Shown here: positions 54,653-64,000 of the stretch, one piece after another
Numbering within the stretch: position 1 is the stretch's first letter
How the letters are laid out: the number at the start of each line of letters is the position of its first letter
IMG/VR virus record: IMGVR_UViG_3300040811_001959
Length of the DNA: 64,000 nt
Source of the DNA: a virus
Taxonomy: Duplodnaviria; Caudoviricetes
Strand: one strand, 5' to 3'
Translations under genes and position numbers: made by a program
The notes under the pieces: model-generated
Seen by the model: only the letters and a program-made list of their open reading frames with translations
Told to the model about the DNA's origin: nothing
The model's database searches: none

Positions 54653-57600
54653 TTAATAAAACTCTTTTAATAAACCTGCGTTCTTTAATAATCTTGTAAA
54701 ATCTGTGCTGGAATTGTCTTTCTTTCTTAGATTTTTTTGGTACTGCTCATAATCTTCTTTCCCACTACTAGATAGCTCGTCTTTTGCTTTATTAATCACA
54801 TCTTTAAGTGGTCCTTCCGGACGTTTGTTTGCAGCAGACTGCACCGATGAATCCGGAGCGTCATTAACTTTATTTGCATCTTGATTTTGTACAGGAATTT
54901 TTTTATCAACCTTGTCATTTACTGTAGATGTTTGTTTTCGTTGTCCAAGTTCGCTGTGGAATTGGTCTAGCCTGTTTACCCGCTCCCGCTCTGTGTCACT
55001 ATCTGCCGGAACTACCCTGTCTGTTGCCTTGTATTGATTTTCCGTAGGTAAATTTGTTGGCTGCTCTCGTACAGTTTTAATCACCGTCCCATCTGCGCTA
55101 TGTATTTTAAACCTGCCCCCTTGTAGAGGTCCAGTGTAGTATGCTGGTCTTCTACCTCCTAGATTGTTTCCACCTTGCCCGCCTTGTAAATGATTTGTAG
55201 TTCCAGCTTCTTGTCTATTCCGGTATTCATTTTTTGTGGGTAGTGTACCTGTGTATTTTTGACCCTCTTTTCCTCTGTCAACTTCTGTATCATTTGCATC
55301 GTATATGGCCCATACTTTTTTCCTCATCTGTCCGCTTGAATTTATGTAGTCGTAATATACAGCTTTGCCTGGGGTTTTGCCTGTGCCCATCGCAGATGCT
55401 GGACGAGACCCAGTCCCAGGAGATCCTAATCCTGATCCAGTTGAGTCAGGATCTGCGGCATAATTAAATTTACGTTCTCGTTCAGCTTTCTTTTTGGCTA
55501 ATGCATCTTTACCAAATTGGCTTTGGCTCCATAAGTCACCTGTTTCACCTGGGTCACCCTTGTTTGCGTCTAGCTCTGCATTAGTTGCTTGAAATTTTGC
55601 AAACTTATCTGCTTGAGCTTGATCAATTAATGAAGTATTATTGTCCTTTAAGAATTGCATAATTGCATCACGAGCCCTGTTAAATTTAGTATCGTGTACA
55701 GTTTCAAATCCAGTGCCTTTTGTATCTGAAGTAATCTGCAGTTGATTACTCATCAAGCCTCTTCCAGGAATAGGTAATCTATCTACATAATACTGGGTTT
55801 TTTTATCACCTCTAAACAGCCTATTCAAGTTTTTTGGTATTGGCACATATCTAACATAAGCATATTTGCCTGTTGGCATTTTGTCTTTATTATATTTTTG
55901 TCCAAACTTTTTACCAAACTCACTACCTACTTTATTTGCTGCCAGTCCGCCATCAGCTGAGGGTCGATCTGACCGACCGCTAGTTGATGTAGTTTGACCG
56001 GTATCAGTAGTTGCTTGTCCGGCTGCTTGCAATTCATCTGCTGTGTCTAGATCAGCAGGTTTAGTTCGTTCTCCACTCTTAACCGTTGGACTTACATCAC
56101 CTGTTTTTTCAGGTTCTTGTGGTTCTTGCTTTGTAATACCAAATCTTTTGTATACATCATCAACTGTATTAGTGCTGCTCATTTGTATAGAAGCAGGTAA
56201 TAAGTTTTTATTAAGCTGAGCTTGTGCAACTGCTTTGTGTTGTGGATTATCAAAATCAACTGCTTCAACACTGTACTCGCCAAATGGTAACATATCTGGC
56301 ATTTTATTACTGAAGTCAGTTTTCCTTGCTTTTGAAGAAACAACCATAGGACTATTCATAAATGAGTTTCTATGAGTGATCAACCCTGTCAATCCCATAG
56401 CTTTCGCTACATGTCCGTAAAATGCGCTAAATTTCATTCGGTCTGTGTCAAACCCATCTAAATCCATTGCTGCTGCTGCCTCAGCTTGTTTTATTAAATT
56501 CTCAGGTGAAGGATTATTTATAACAGCCATTACTTGATCGTTAAATACACCATAATTTGTATCGCTACCAGGTGCTTTGATATCCATTGCTTTTTTAAGC
56601 GTATCAGGTGTACTACCTTTTGTACTTGCAGATTGTTTAGTTATTTCATCTCTTTGCTGTAATACTTTTTTGAAAATATCATGTTCTGCAGGTTTAATAG
56701 TCTTTCGCTTTGCCGCAGTCTGAAAGGCTTTCTCAATTGCAGCTAGGTCATATGCATCAGTCTGATTTATTTTCATAGGTTGTTCTACTAAAAATAAATT
56801 AAGTGTGTGTCTAATTTGTTCTGCAATAGATTCTTTTGAGAGATCTTTATACCCGCCGCCTTTTCCGCTGCCTGATTTATATTTTCTCAATATTTTTTGG
56901 TAAGCTGTTACATATTCTTTATAAGTATCAGATGTTAGAGGAGGCAATGTTTTTGAAGTTCCTTTTAATTTCAATTCCCCTGTATTTTTAAAACCTTTTG
57001 TTCCAGCTTGCATCTGCTGTGACATGCCGCTTTGAGAAGGTAGATCGTTCAACCCAAAAAGATCTACTAATTTGTTTGCTTTTGTAGAATCTATTAAATC
57101 TAAATCAAATTGAGCTTGGACAATTTCTTTGTGCGTGTCATTATTTGCATCAACTTTTTCAGTTGATCCATCTGCAAAAACTATACGGTCTGATCTTACG
57201 AATCCCTGGAGTCCTAATTTTGTTGCTAATAATGAATAAAATATTGTGCTGTATTTTGCTGCTTCGGCGTTTGGCAACTGAGCTGTGATATTTCTTAAAT
57301 CTGTTTTTGCCTTACGTACACTATTTTTCAAATCGCCCATATTTAACGAATACATTATACGTTGAATTCTTTCTGTATATCCGTCACGATTTTTTTGATC
57401 TTTTGCTACTCTATTGCTAGGATCTATCTGGCTCTGCATACCCATGCCGCTTTGCTTAGGTAAATTTGCTAGCATTGCATCTGCTTCAACATCATCTCCG
57501 CTACCTGTAAACGTTCCTGAAGATTTTGTGCCAGGATCAAATCCACTTGATCCTCCTAATGCTGGATCAGAAGAATCTGTTGCTGCAAAATAAATTTTAT

Positions 57601-57946
57601 CTCTTCTACGAATAATATTTTTGAATGCATCTTTTGCAGGTCCGGGAACAGTTTTATAAGCCTGTCTAATTACCTTTTTCCAGTAATTCCATCTATCATC
57701 TAAATCTTTACGTTTTTGTCGTTTCTTAAAAGCAGATTCAGCCTCTAATAAGGCAAACATATCTTTGACACTTGTTATAGAATCTCTAATTTTATCTCTA
57801 ATTTTATCTCTATATCCAGTATCATCAATTTCTGGTTCGGATAAGCCTAATATTTCTTCATATTCGTCAATTAAATCATTTCCAATGTTTACCCACAATT
57901 TCCAATTATCCTTAGAAGGCTTTGCAACTTTTCGTAAATCTTTCAT
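54653..57946 (-). CDS. large hypothetical protein, possibly head-internal
   Basis: 1097 aa; in the head gene cluster; C-terminal LLKNAGL. Confidence 0.7.
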   Translation of the reverse strand: MKDLRKVAKPSKDNWKLWVNIGNDLIDEYEEILGLSEPEIDDTGYRDKIRDKIRDSITSVKDMFALLEAESAFKKRQKRKDLDDRWNYWKKVIRQAYKTVPGPAKDAFKNIIRRRDKIYFAATDSSDPALGGSSGFDPGTKSSGTFTGSGDDVEADAMLANLPKQSGMGMQSQIDPSNRVAKDQKNRDGYTERIQRIMYSLNMGDLKNSVRKAKTDLRNITAQLPNAEAAKYSTIFYSLLATKLGLQGFVRSDRIVFADGSTEKVDANNDTHKEIVQAQFDLDLIDSTKANKLVDLFGLNDLPSQSGMSQQMQAGTKGFKNTGELKLKGTSKTLPPLTSDTYKEYVTAYQKILRKYKSGSGKGGGYKDLSKESIAEQIRHTLNLFLVEQPMKINQTDAYDLAAIEKAFQTAAKRKTIKPAEHDIFKKVLQQRDEITKQSASTKGSTPDTLKKAMDIKAPGSDTNYGVFNDQVMAVINNPSPENLIKQAEAAAAMDLDGFDTDRMKFSAFYGHVAKAMGLTGLITHRNSFMNSPMVVSSKARKTDFSNKMPDMLPFGEYSVEAVDFDNPQHKAVAQAQLNKNLLPASIQMSSTNTVDDVYKRFGITKQEPQEPEKTGDVSPTVKSGERTKPADLDTADELQAAGQATTDTGQTTSTSGRSDRPSADGGLAANKVGSEFGKKFGQKYNKDKMPTGKYAYVRYVPIPKNLNRLFRGDKKTQYYVDRLPIPGRGLMSNQLQITSDTKGTGFETVHDTKFNRARDAIMQFLKDNNTSLIDQAQADKFAKFQATNAELDANKGDPGETGDLWSQSQFGKDALAKKKAERERKFNYAADPDSTGSGLGSPGTGSRPASAMGTGKTPGKAVYYDYINSSGQMRKKVWAIYDANDTEVDRGKEGQKYTGTLPTKNEYRNRQEAGTTNHLQGGQGGNNLGGRRPAYYTGPLQGGRFKIHSADGTVIKTVREQPTNLPTENQYKATDRVVPADSDTERERVNRLDQFHSELGQRKQTSTVNDKVDKKIPVQNQDANKVNDAPDSSVQSAANKRPEGPLKDVINKAKDELSSSGKEDYEQYQKNLRKKDNSSTDFTRLLKNAGLLKEFY

Positions 57947-57949
57947 AGA

Positions 57950-58459
57950 TTATTTTTCCTTTGCAATGCCTTTAGTTGGATCATATTCGTTTTCTTTTTT
58001 TACAGTTTCTAATTCTTTTAGTAGATCCATAACCCTATTTTGTCCAACTTGATCCTGTGCAGATTCTCCGCCAAGTTCTTCTTTAGTAAGCAGTGTTTCG
58101 TATTGTGTAGGTTCTTTTTCTTCTTGATATTTTTCTGTTTCATCATTTTCTCCACGTACTCGCAAATGACTAGCAGGATAATCAGTATTAAGTGTTAGAT
58201 AACTTTCTAAAACATGACTTGTAGTTGGATAACTTACTTCAGCATCAAAAGTAGTAACTTCACAGTTAGTTAATTGAGGAAAGTCTAATGGTCTTTCAGT
58301 AATAGGAGTTGTTTTGCCTTTTGAGAAACTAACAACTTCATACTTGTTAAGAGCGGTTTCAAGCTTATCAACAAAGCCTTCTGGTAATTCTCCAGCAGCT
58401 CTAATTTTAAATTTATAAGTTTTTTTCGATTCGGTTAAAAATTCTTTAAGTGATTTCAT
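57950..58459 (-). CDS. head-region protein with capsid-targeting-like N-terminus
   Basis: MKSLKEFLTES; TAAATA upstream. Confidence 0.65.
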   Translation of the reverse strand: MKSLKEFLTESKKTYKFKIRAAGELPEGFVDKLETALNKYEVVSFSKGKTTPITERPLDFPQLTNCEVTTFDAEVSYPTTSHVLESYLTLNTDYPASHLRVRGENDETEKYQEEKEPTQYETLLTKEELGGESAQDQVGQNRVMDLLKELETVKKENEYDPTKGIAKEK

Positions 58460-58479
58460 TGCAATAATCCTAGTTTTAT

Positions 58480-58968
58480 CTATTTATCCATATTTTTTAG
58501 TTTTTCTAGGAGACTGTTACGATCAGTAACAAGGTATCCCTCTCCTTGCACAACATTTTGCTCCGGATTAGCTTCTTTATCTAACTTTTCTTTCTTCAAT
58601 TGTAACTCAACCATTTTTAATTTTTTATCTAATTTTGCAACTTTACTATCTAAGTTAGTCCTAAGCATATTACCAGCAACTTCAAATATCCTGCCGCTGT
58701 ACCTTGCTTCTACATTCATACCTAGATCCATTAAGTCTTCGTATGCAGCCATTGATTTTTCACTGACTTCGTCAAGTTCTGTATCACCTAAATCTCCTAA
58801 GCCTGTAACTTGCGGCAATGCAGCAGTAATTTTATCAAATTCCTGCAATTGTTCTAGCGCATGAACTGGAATTGAAGATTTTTTTGGGCTTTTGTTTTTT
58901 TCGTTTTCTTGTTGGATTATTTCTTTTGATTCAGGCAGGTTTAATAATTCTTCTAATTTTTTGGTCAT
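58480..58968 (-). CDS. possible terminase small subunit (gp16-like)
   Basis: helical ~160 aa, RIFEVAGNML...KLKMVELQLKK; next to the gp4-like gene; call tentative. Confidence 0.5.
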   Translation of the reverse strand: MTKKLEELLNLPESKEIIQQENEKNKSPKKSSIPVHALEQLQEFDKITAALPQVTGLGDLGDTELDEVSEKSMAAYEDLMDLGMNVEARYSGRIFEVAGNMLRTNLDSKVAKLDKKLKMVELQLKKEKLDKEANPEQNVVQGEGYLVTDRNSLLEKLKNMDK

Positions 58969-58997
58969 AGCAAAATCTCTAATAAATACTATTTATT

Positions 58998-59435
58998 TTA
59001 CCTCCTTGCGCCATAATGAAAAATGTCATTTTCAGTAATAACTCTGAAGATTATTCCTTGTTTTTTACACCACATTTTGGCTGCTGCCCATTTAGCTTGA
59101 TTGAGTGCATAGTGTGCTTGATTGTTCTTACTACGTCCAATTTTTTCTTGTAGCGTTTGATTTGCAGGTTTTACTTCTATAAGTTCTGTTCTAACTTTTC
59201 CTGTTTTATCACTGAATTGGATTAAAAAGTCTGGTACATAGACTGTTCTTTTACCAGTTAGTGGATTAATGTAAGGAATTTTAATACCTTCTGATACCCA
59301 TTGCGTTATGCTAGGATGTTCGTCACAGAAACGCATCATAGTAAACTCCCAGCTACTCCTATATAATGGAGCATTACCACCTATATATTTTTCTGGATTT
59401 TTACAGCGAAATCTACCTTGTGCAAAACGTGCCAT
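58998..59435 (-). CDS. head completion nuclease (T4 gp4 / TnsA-like PD-(D/E)xK)
   Basis: YRSSWE, YVPDF, LIEVKP, NQAKWAAA, FRVITE. Confidence 0.88.
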   Translation of the reverse strand: MARFAQGRFRCKNPEKYIGGNAPLYRSSWEFTMMRFCDEHPSITQWVSEGIKIPYINPLTGKRTVYVPDFLIQFSDKTGKVRTELIEVKPANQTLQEKIGRSKNNQAHYALNQAKWAAAKMWCKKQGIIFRVITENDIFHYGARR

Positions 59436-59436
59436 T

Positions 59437-61029
59437 TTAAGTATTGCTAAGTGTAAATTTACTATTTGTAGTTACGTTTAATGGTTGACGTCCGTATCTA
59501 GAATACAACATCCTATTACTTGCTCCTATTAGACTTTCATCTATAAGTTCATAGTCTGTATCTGAACCCGTTGTGTATAGCACACTCTTAGCGTCATTAA
59601 AAATTCTATCTTGCATTTCTGCAGGAGTTAGATTAGGGAATACCTGTAGGTGTTGTGCAATTACTCCACATACTTGAGGACTAGCCATTGATGTTCCGCT
59701 AATACTTGTTATTACATAATTGTTATCAGTAGGATCTGAAACAGTTGTGTAGTTATCGTTGATGTTAGATGTGCCAGCAAGTATGTTAGAACCAGGTGCC
59801 CATATATTAACACTTGGTCCTCTACTAGATGAAAATGCAGTTTTATCTTTGTATGTTGTATCAAGTATTTGTGTTGAATTAATGTTACCAACCATAAATG
59901 CATTTTGTGAACGTGGGCTTGATCCTTGATGGTAGCTTCTAGTACCTATACCAGAAAATAACACAGTGTTATTATAATCCGGTCCTCCACTTATGTCTGC
60001 TTTGTGCCAATCATTGCCTGCTGCAATGCAAACGTGTATACCGTCTAAGATCATATCTTCAACTTCAGCATCTACTGAAGCAACTCTTGCCGGAATGCTA
60101 AAATAATCATATGCAGGATTAAAAATACCGTAAACACCTTCAATTGTGTCACTTACACCTGTTGCAGCCATTAGTACTGCTCTGTCTGTATAGTCAACAC
60201 CCCAAGTCCACGCAGTGCCTCTATATACGCCACTTGTAGGATTGCCTGATGCTGTAGCACTGTAGCCCCAGCTCATATTAACTACAGTTGGACGCCCGTT
60301 AGTTTTAGCATTGTGCCAAAGACGTATAGCATCAAATGCATCTGCTAAAGGAATGCCTGTTCCACTATCACCTGCACCTTCAAGTCCGCCTAGTTTCTGT
60401 GAGTACACATGAGCGCCCTTAGCCCATCCGTATTTTAATCCTGCGGCTGTACTTGCTACGTGTGTTCCGTGTCCGTCGAAGTCTCTGTAGTGGTTAGCAC
60501 TCTGTGTTCCTGCTAGGCCACTAGCAGTGTACCAATCAATTTGTTGTAAACGACTAACACCGTTATAGTCATTCCATTCAGGATGATTTGCTTCAATGCC
60601 ACTGTCTTGTATTACTACGTCAACACCTGTGCCGTCAATTGCATACTCGTAATCGCCTGAAATGGTTGTGCCATTATTGTATGTATTTGTTTCTTCTATG
60701 CAGCGTCTTAGTCCCCAATTTACATAAGCACTATTCACTCCGCTGCCTCTTTGGAATGTTCCTTGTTGATAAGCATTTAATCCAATACTAATATCATCAC
60801 GTTGCTCTGGCGGTATCTCTACTGCACGTACTCTAGGGTCTGCACGTAGAGCTTCTGCTTCTTCATCTGTAAGCATAAAGTGTGTTTGTATACGTGAACC
60901 AGGACGTGGGTTAGCAACGTCTACTGAGCGATTAGGAATAGGGCCTGCTCCGCTACTAGCAGTAATCTCTTCTTCTAGTTCGGGCAAGTCTTCTCTAGTG
61001 TTTGCTATTACTGTGTATTCTTTTTCCAT
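59437..61029 (-). CDS. subtilisin-like S8 serine protease
   Basis: catalytic triad VVIQDSG / GHGTHVAS / GTSMASP, oxyanion AAGND, N-terminal propeptide-like region. Confidence 0.92.
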   Translation of the reverse strand: MEKEYTVIANTREDLPELEEEITASSGAGPIPNRSVDVANPRPGSRIQTHFMLTDEEAEALRADPRVRAVEIPPEQRDDISIGLNAYQQGTFQRGSGVNSAYVNWGLRRCIEETNTYNNGTTISGDYEYAIDGTGVDVVIQDSGIEANHPEWNDYNGVSRLQQIDWYTASGLAGTQSANHYRDFDGHGTHVASTAAGLKYGWAKGAHVYSQKLGGLEGAGDSGTGIPLADAFDAIRLWHNAKTNGRPTVVNMSWGYSATASGNPTSGVYRGTAWTWGVDYTDRAVLMAATGVSDTIEGVYGIFNPAYDYFSIPARVASVDAEVEDMILDGIHVCIAAGNDWHKADISGGPDYNNTVLFSGIGTRSYHQGSSPRSQNAFMVGNINSTQILDTTYKDKTAFSSSRGPSVNIWAPGSNILAGTSNINDNYTTVSDPTDNNYVITSISGTSMASPQVCGVIAQHLQVFPNLTPAEMQDRIFNDAKSVLYTTGSDTDYELIDESLIGASNRMLYSRYGRQPLNVTTNSKFTLSNT

Positions 61030-61036
61030 AATTTTC

Positions 61037-61867
61037 TTATATTAAGTTTACCCAAGCACCATTTTCGTAACCTTGGAATTTGTTGTCGGTTACATTGTAT
61101 ATAATATCACCATTGCCTGCAGTTAAATCATTTCTTTCTGTAGTAGTTAAAACAGGTGGTCTAAAAGCACCGCCAGTTACTCTAGTTCCGTCGGCAGAAT
61201 TCAATGTTAAGGTACTTGCACTATCTAAAGTTATAGTACCAGTTCCTGACGTTTCTAAGGCACTAAAACTTAGTGTTCCTGATGTTGAAAAGTCATCGTT
61301 TATCCATTGTGTACCACTCCATTTTAGGAATTGTCCACTTTGAACTGTAGTAATATTTGTATCAGACAAGTCGTTTAATACTGCATCAATATCTAGTATT
61401 TGTTTCCAGTTGCCGTCATGAGCAAAATATGCATGACCTTCTGTGTGAGCGTGGGCAAACATTCCATGATAGGTGCTTGCATTTACTGTAGTATCTAAGG
61501 TGTTAAAATCTGCAAAAACGTTTGAATACCATAATTGGCCAGTTGTTATTAGATTACCAGTATCGTCGATTGTTATAGCAGAATTTTGCAGTGTATCACC
61601 AGTTGTGCCATCAAACCGTACAATAGCATTATCAGTTGAACTTGCTGCTTTTGTAACATCTCCAGTTGCGGTTGCACTTATTACACCATTTACATCTATT
61701 GTTATATTTGTTCCTTGCTTTACACCACCTAAAACAGTATTAGTTGCAATAGGTAAAGTATATGCAGTTGCTGCGGAAGTCCAAGTAGTTCCGTCCCATG
61801 TCCAAGTTATATCACCTACTGTAAGAGTATCGTTAAGTACTGGTGAATTTGGAAAATTAATTGCCAT
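61037..61867 (-). CDS. tail-fibre/virion structural protein
   Basis: MAINFPNSP..., YTLPIAT..VLGGVKQG, DNAIVRFDGTTG, GDIIYN..DNKFQGY modules. Confidence 0.75.
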   Translation of the reverse strand: MAINFPNSPVLNDTLTVGDITWTWDGTTWTSAATAYTLPIATNTVLGGVKQGTNITIDVNGVISATATGDVTKAASSTDNAIVRFDGTTGDTLQNSAITIDDTGNLITTGQLWYSNVFADFNTLDTTVNASTYHGMFAHAHTEGHAYFAHDGNWKQILDIDAVLNDLSDTNITTVQSGQFLKWSGTQWINDDFSTSGTLSFSALETSGTGTITLDSASTLTLNSADGTRVTGGAFRPPVLTTTERNDLTAGNGDIIYNVTDNKFQGYENGAWVNLI

Positions 61868-61885
61868 GTTTATCTATTCCTTTTC

Positions 61886-62896
61886 TCATAAATCATGAAT
61901 AATTATCATGATTTCGCCTAAATCTAATGGAGTTTCATTCCAACGTCTAATTATAAATTCAACTCTGTCAACAAATCTTGTTGTGCCAATTTGTACTCCA
62001 TTTCCTGCTGTCCAGTTAGTACCATCATAAGACGCATTTACAATGTAATCTGTTCTAGCAGAGTAAGGAGATGGAAATGTAAGGGTATATACAACGTCTA
62101 AACCTTGAGCTGATCCGTCACCGCCGGACTTTGATACAGTATAACCGGTTGTGCCCATCCATGTTGGATTGTTACCATTCATATTAATACAACCGATTGC
62201 AGTTGGTGAACTTTGTGAAGGACTGGAACCACCTTGTGGTGTGGTATCAACCCATTGCAAACTTGTACCGTCATTGTAATAAATTTTTAGTAAGCCGTTG
62301 CTTGAATTCCACCAAAGATCCCCATTAGCAGCAGTCACGGGAGCTGTATCAGAAATAGATACCGCAGTAGCTGTTGTCAAATATCCAGCAGTTGAATGAT
62401 CTCCCCAACTGTAAGCTGTATTCCAATTAGAAATTTCAGTATTTCCAATATTTGCTGCAGGACTTTGGGTAAAAACTGGATCAGTTTCTGTGTAGGCAAA
62501 TGTAGATGCCACCCAAGCTGTTCCATTCCATCTTAACAATTGGTTAGTTTCAGGACTATCTGTAAAATCAACATCTTGTAATGATCCTAAATTTTGCTCA
62601 GATATTGTTGTTAGATAGCCAGCACTTGAATGATTGCCCCAGTTGTATGCGGTGCTCCAATTTGCAATGTTCAAATCAGTTATTCCAGCAGCAGGACTAT
62701 CAGTAAAAACAGGATCAGTTTCTTCATAAAAAGTTAAATATCCAGCTGCAGCATGATTGCCCCAAGTATACGCTGTGCTCCAATTTGCGCTGTTATTTTC
62801 TAATGCTGTTGTCCTAGTATTTAAATCCGTGAAATTCCCATCTAATTCTTCGTGCGTTAGAGCACCATTTTTTGTTAGTCTTAATACTATTGCCAT
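61886..62896 (-). CDS. tail-fibre/virion structural protein with internal repeats
   Basis: LRLTKNGALTHEELDGNF N-terminus; NWxTAYxWGxHxxAGYL three times; ETDPVFTxSPAA twice. Confidence 0.75.
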   Translation of the reverse strand: MAIVLRLTKNGALTHEELDGNFTDLNTRTTALENNSANWSTAYTWGNHAAAGYLTFYEETDPVFTDSPAAGITDLNIANWSTAYNWGNHSSAGYLTTISEQNLGSLQDVDFTDSPETNQLLRWNGTAWVASTFAYTETDPVFTQSPAANIGNTEISNWNTAYSWGDHSTAGYLTTATAVSISDTAPVTAANGDLWWNSSNGLLKIYYNDGTSLQWVDTTPQGGSSPSQSSPTAIGCINMNGNNPTWMGTTGYTVSKSGGDGSAQGLDVVYTLTFPSPYSARTDYIVNASYDGTNWTAGNGVQIGTTRFVDRVEFIIRRWNETPLDLGEIMIIIHDL

Positions 62897-63360
62897 TATT
62901 CTACATATCCTAATTCTACATAATCTGGTGTTATGTATGTGTTGGTATCTATTACAATATCTTCTTCTGCATTAATATTTAGTGAGGTAGATAATGGATC
63001 TTGTAGATTTCGTAACTCTACAAGATGATTTTTTCTAGTAGTTTTAAATCCTAATTGTGATGTTTTATCTCTACTTAAATTTATAACCTTAACAACTATA
63101 GAACTTAAAGCACGTTTATCTAATCCTCCTAAACTGTCTAACAATGTAAATATTTTTACACCTTCGACTTTGGCTTGGGTTAACAAAACTTGCGAAATTG
63201 TACGACTTGCAAGAGTACCAAACCCTCTTTTTTCAAAAAAACCTAATACCGCATCATATTCTGACACTGCTATTTCTACAGGTTTGTTAAAATAATTATC
63301 AAAATATTGAATAACTTTGGATTCAGATTTTGTTAAAGGTTTTTTTGGCAATGCTGACAT
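62896..63360 (-). CDS. hypothetical structural-region protein
   Basis: 154-aa ORF coupled to the fibre gene. Confidence 0.65.
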   Translation of the reverse strand: MSALPKKPLTKSESKVIQYFDNYFNKPVEIAVSEYDAVLGFFEKRGFGTLASRTISQVLLTQAKVEGVKIFTLLDSLGGLDKRALSSIVVKVINLSRDKTSQLGFKTTRKNHLVELRNLQDPLSTSLNINAEEDIVIDTNTYITPDYVELGYVE

Positions 63361-63373
63361 TTTTATCCTTTAC

Positions 63374-64000
63374 TTAAAAATTTGCATTAGGCAAACCGCT
63401 TACAACATTATCATAGACACTGTCAGATCCGCTAGTAATAATATTTGTAATATCTTCGTTTATTCCAGCTTGCGTTAAGTCACCTATATTTTGTGCAAGA
63501 TTAACTCCTGCAATAACTGCCGCAATTGGGTTACTGAATCCTTTGCCTGTTGCTCCGTATTCAAATAAATCCGCTGCACCTGACAATACTGCTCCTAGTG
63601 AAACTGATCCTCCACCTAATAAAGTTATAGGACTAGGTGTGACATCGTAATGTGCTAAATCTCCAAATCCATTAGGTTCTCCATCTGCACCTGCTTCGGT
63701 ACCTCCTCTGTCAATCCAAACTGTTTCATATGCAACAGTCATAGTATTTTCATTTGTGCTACTTCCGTCAGCAGAATTTACATCTCCATGTTTCCATTCT
63801 GTTACAATAGGATTGACTAGGGTATAGGTAGTATAGGTATGTCTAGTCATTTGACTTATTTGTATGTCTATAAAAAACGGATCTGTAATTTGATTATGTA
63901 AACCAAACGTGTATTTATTTCTCTCAGCACCTAGGTAAGTATTGTCTCTTGCCGGCCAACTCTTATCATAAGCTCTACGTAATTGATCAACTCCGTAATT
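63374..64000 (-). CDS. tail-tube-like (gp19/gp54 family) protein, 5' end outside window
   Basis: frame stays open to the window edge; YTLVNPIVTEWKHG...NTMTVAYE pattern. Confidence 0.55.
   Translation of the reverse strand, partial: NYGVDQLRRAYDKSWPARDNTYLGAERNKYTFGLHNQITDPFFIDIQISQMTRHTYTTYTLVNPIVTEWKHGDVNSADGSSTNENTMTVAYETVWIDRGGTEAGADGEPNGFGDLAHYDVTPSPITLLGGGSVSLGAVLSGAADLFEYGATGKGFSNPIAAVIAGVNLAQNIGDLTQAGINEDITNIITSGSDSVYDNVVSGLPNANF

Noticed and set aside
997-62975. The many short antisense or alternate-frame ORFs in the track (e.g. 2140, 9056, 11064, 17078, 29561, 53250, 53606, 61473)
   Set aside because: They lie within longer genes with recognisable motifs, lack RBS, and mirror codon bias or low-complexity repeats.
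1-64000. Stop-codon reassignment or suppressor tRNA
   Set aside because: Core genes (terminase, helicases, UvsX) are intact in the standard code and no CUA/UCA/UUA anticodon tRNA is present.

Overview
This is a 64-kb segment of a large T4-superfamily-like tailed phage, probably aquatic with a proteobacterial host (inferred from gene content). From left to right: (1) 0.2-3.8 kb, an HNH, a YqgE/AlgH protein and a peptidoglycan-binding muramidase. (2) 3.9-10 kb, three canonical tRNAs (Arg-TCT, Leu-TAA, Ile2-CAT), one D-armless tRNA-like gene with a TAT anticodon, and small ORFs. (3) 10-12.3 kb, a tail-fibre-like pair. (4) 12.6-13.8 kb, a mostly non-coding repeat-rich region: a 43-bp-period array, an AT-rich block bounded by inverted repeats, and five 24-bp iteron-like repeats; this is a candidate replication origin. 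(5) 13.8-21.2 kb, an early-gene region driven by 12 near-identical sigma70 promoters, five of which carry a ~64-bp palindromic element at a fixed distance upstream. (6) 23-39.6 kb, a mostly minus-strand replication/metabolism block: ExbB/ExbD-like module, two different DnaE-like proteins, CDGSH-FNR fusion, gp41-like helicase, PRTase, carbamoyltransferase, primase, sulfotransferase, peptide deformylase, UvsW-like helicase. (7) 39.6-46.8 kb, a glycosyl/methyltransferase island. (8) 46.8-49.5 kb, uvsY-uvsX-gp32. (9) 49.8-64 kb, head/packaging/structural genes: terminase, gp4-like nuclease, S8 protease, fibre proteins, tail-tube-like gene. All protein calls come from motif recognition by eye; no database searches or folding computations were run.
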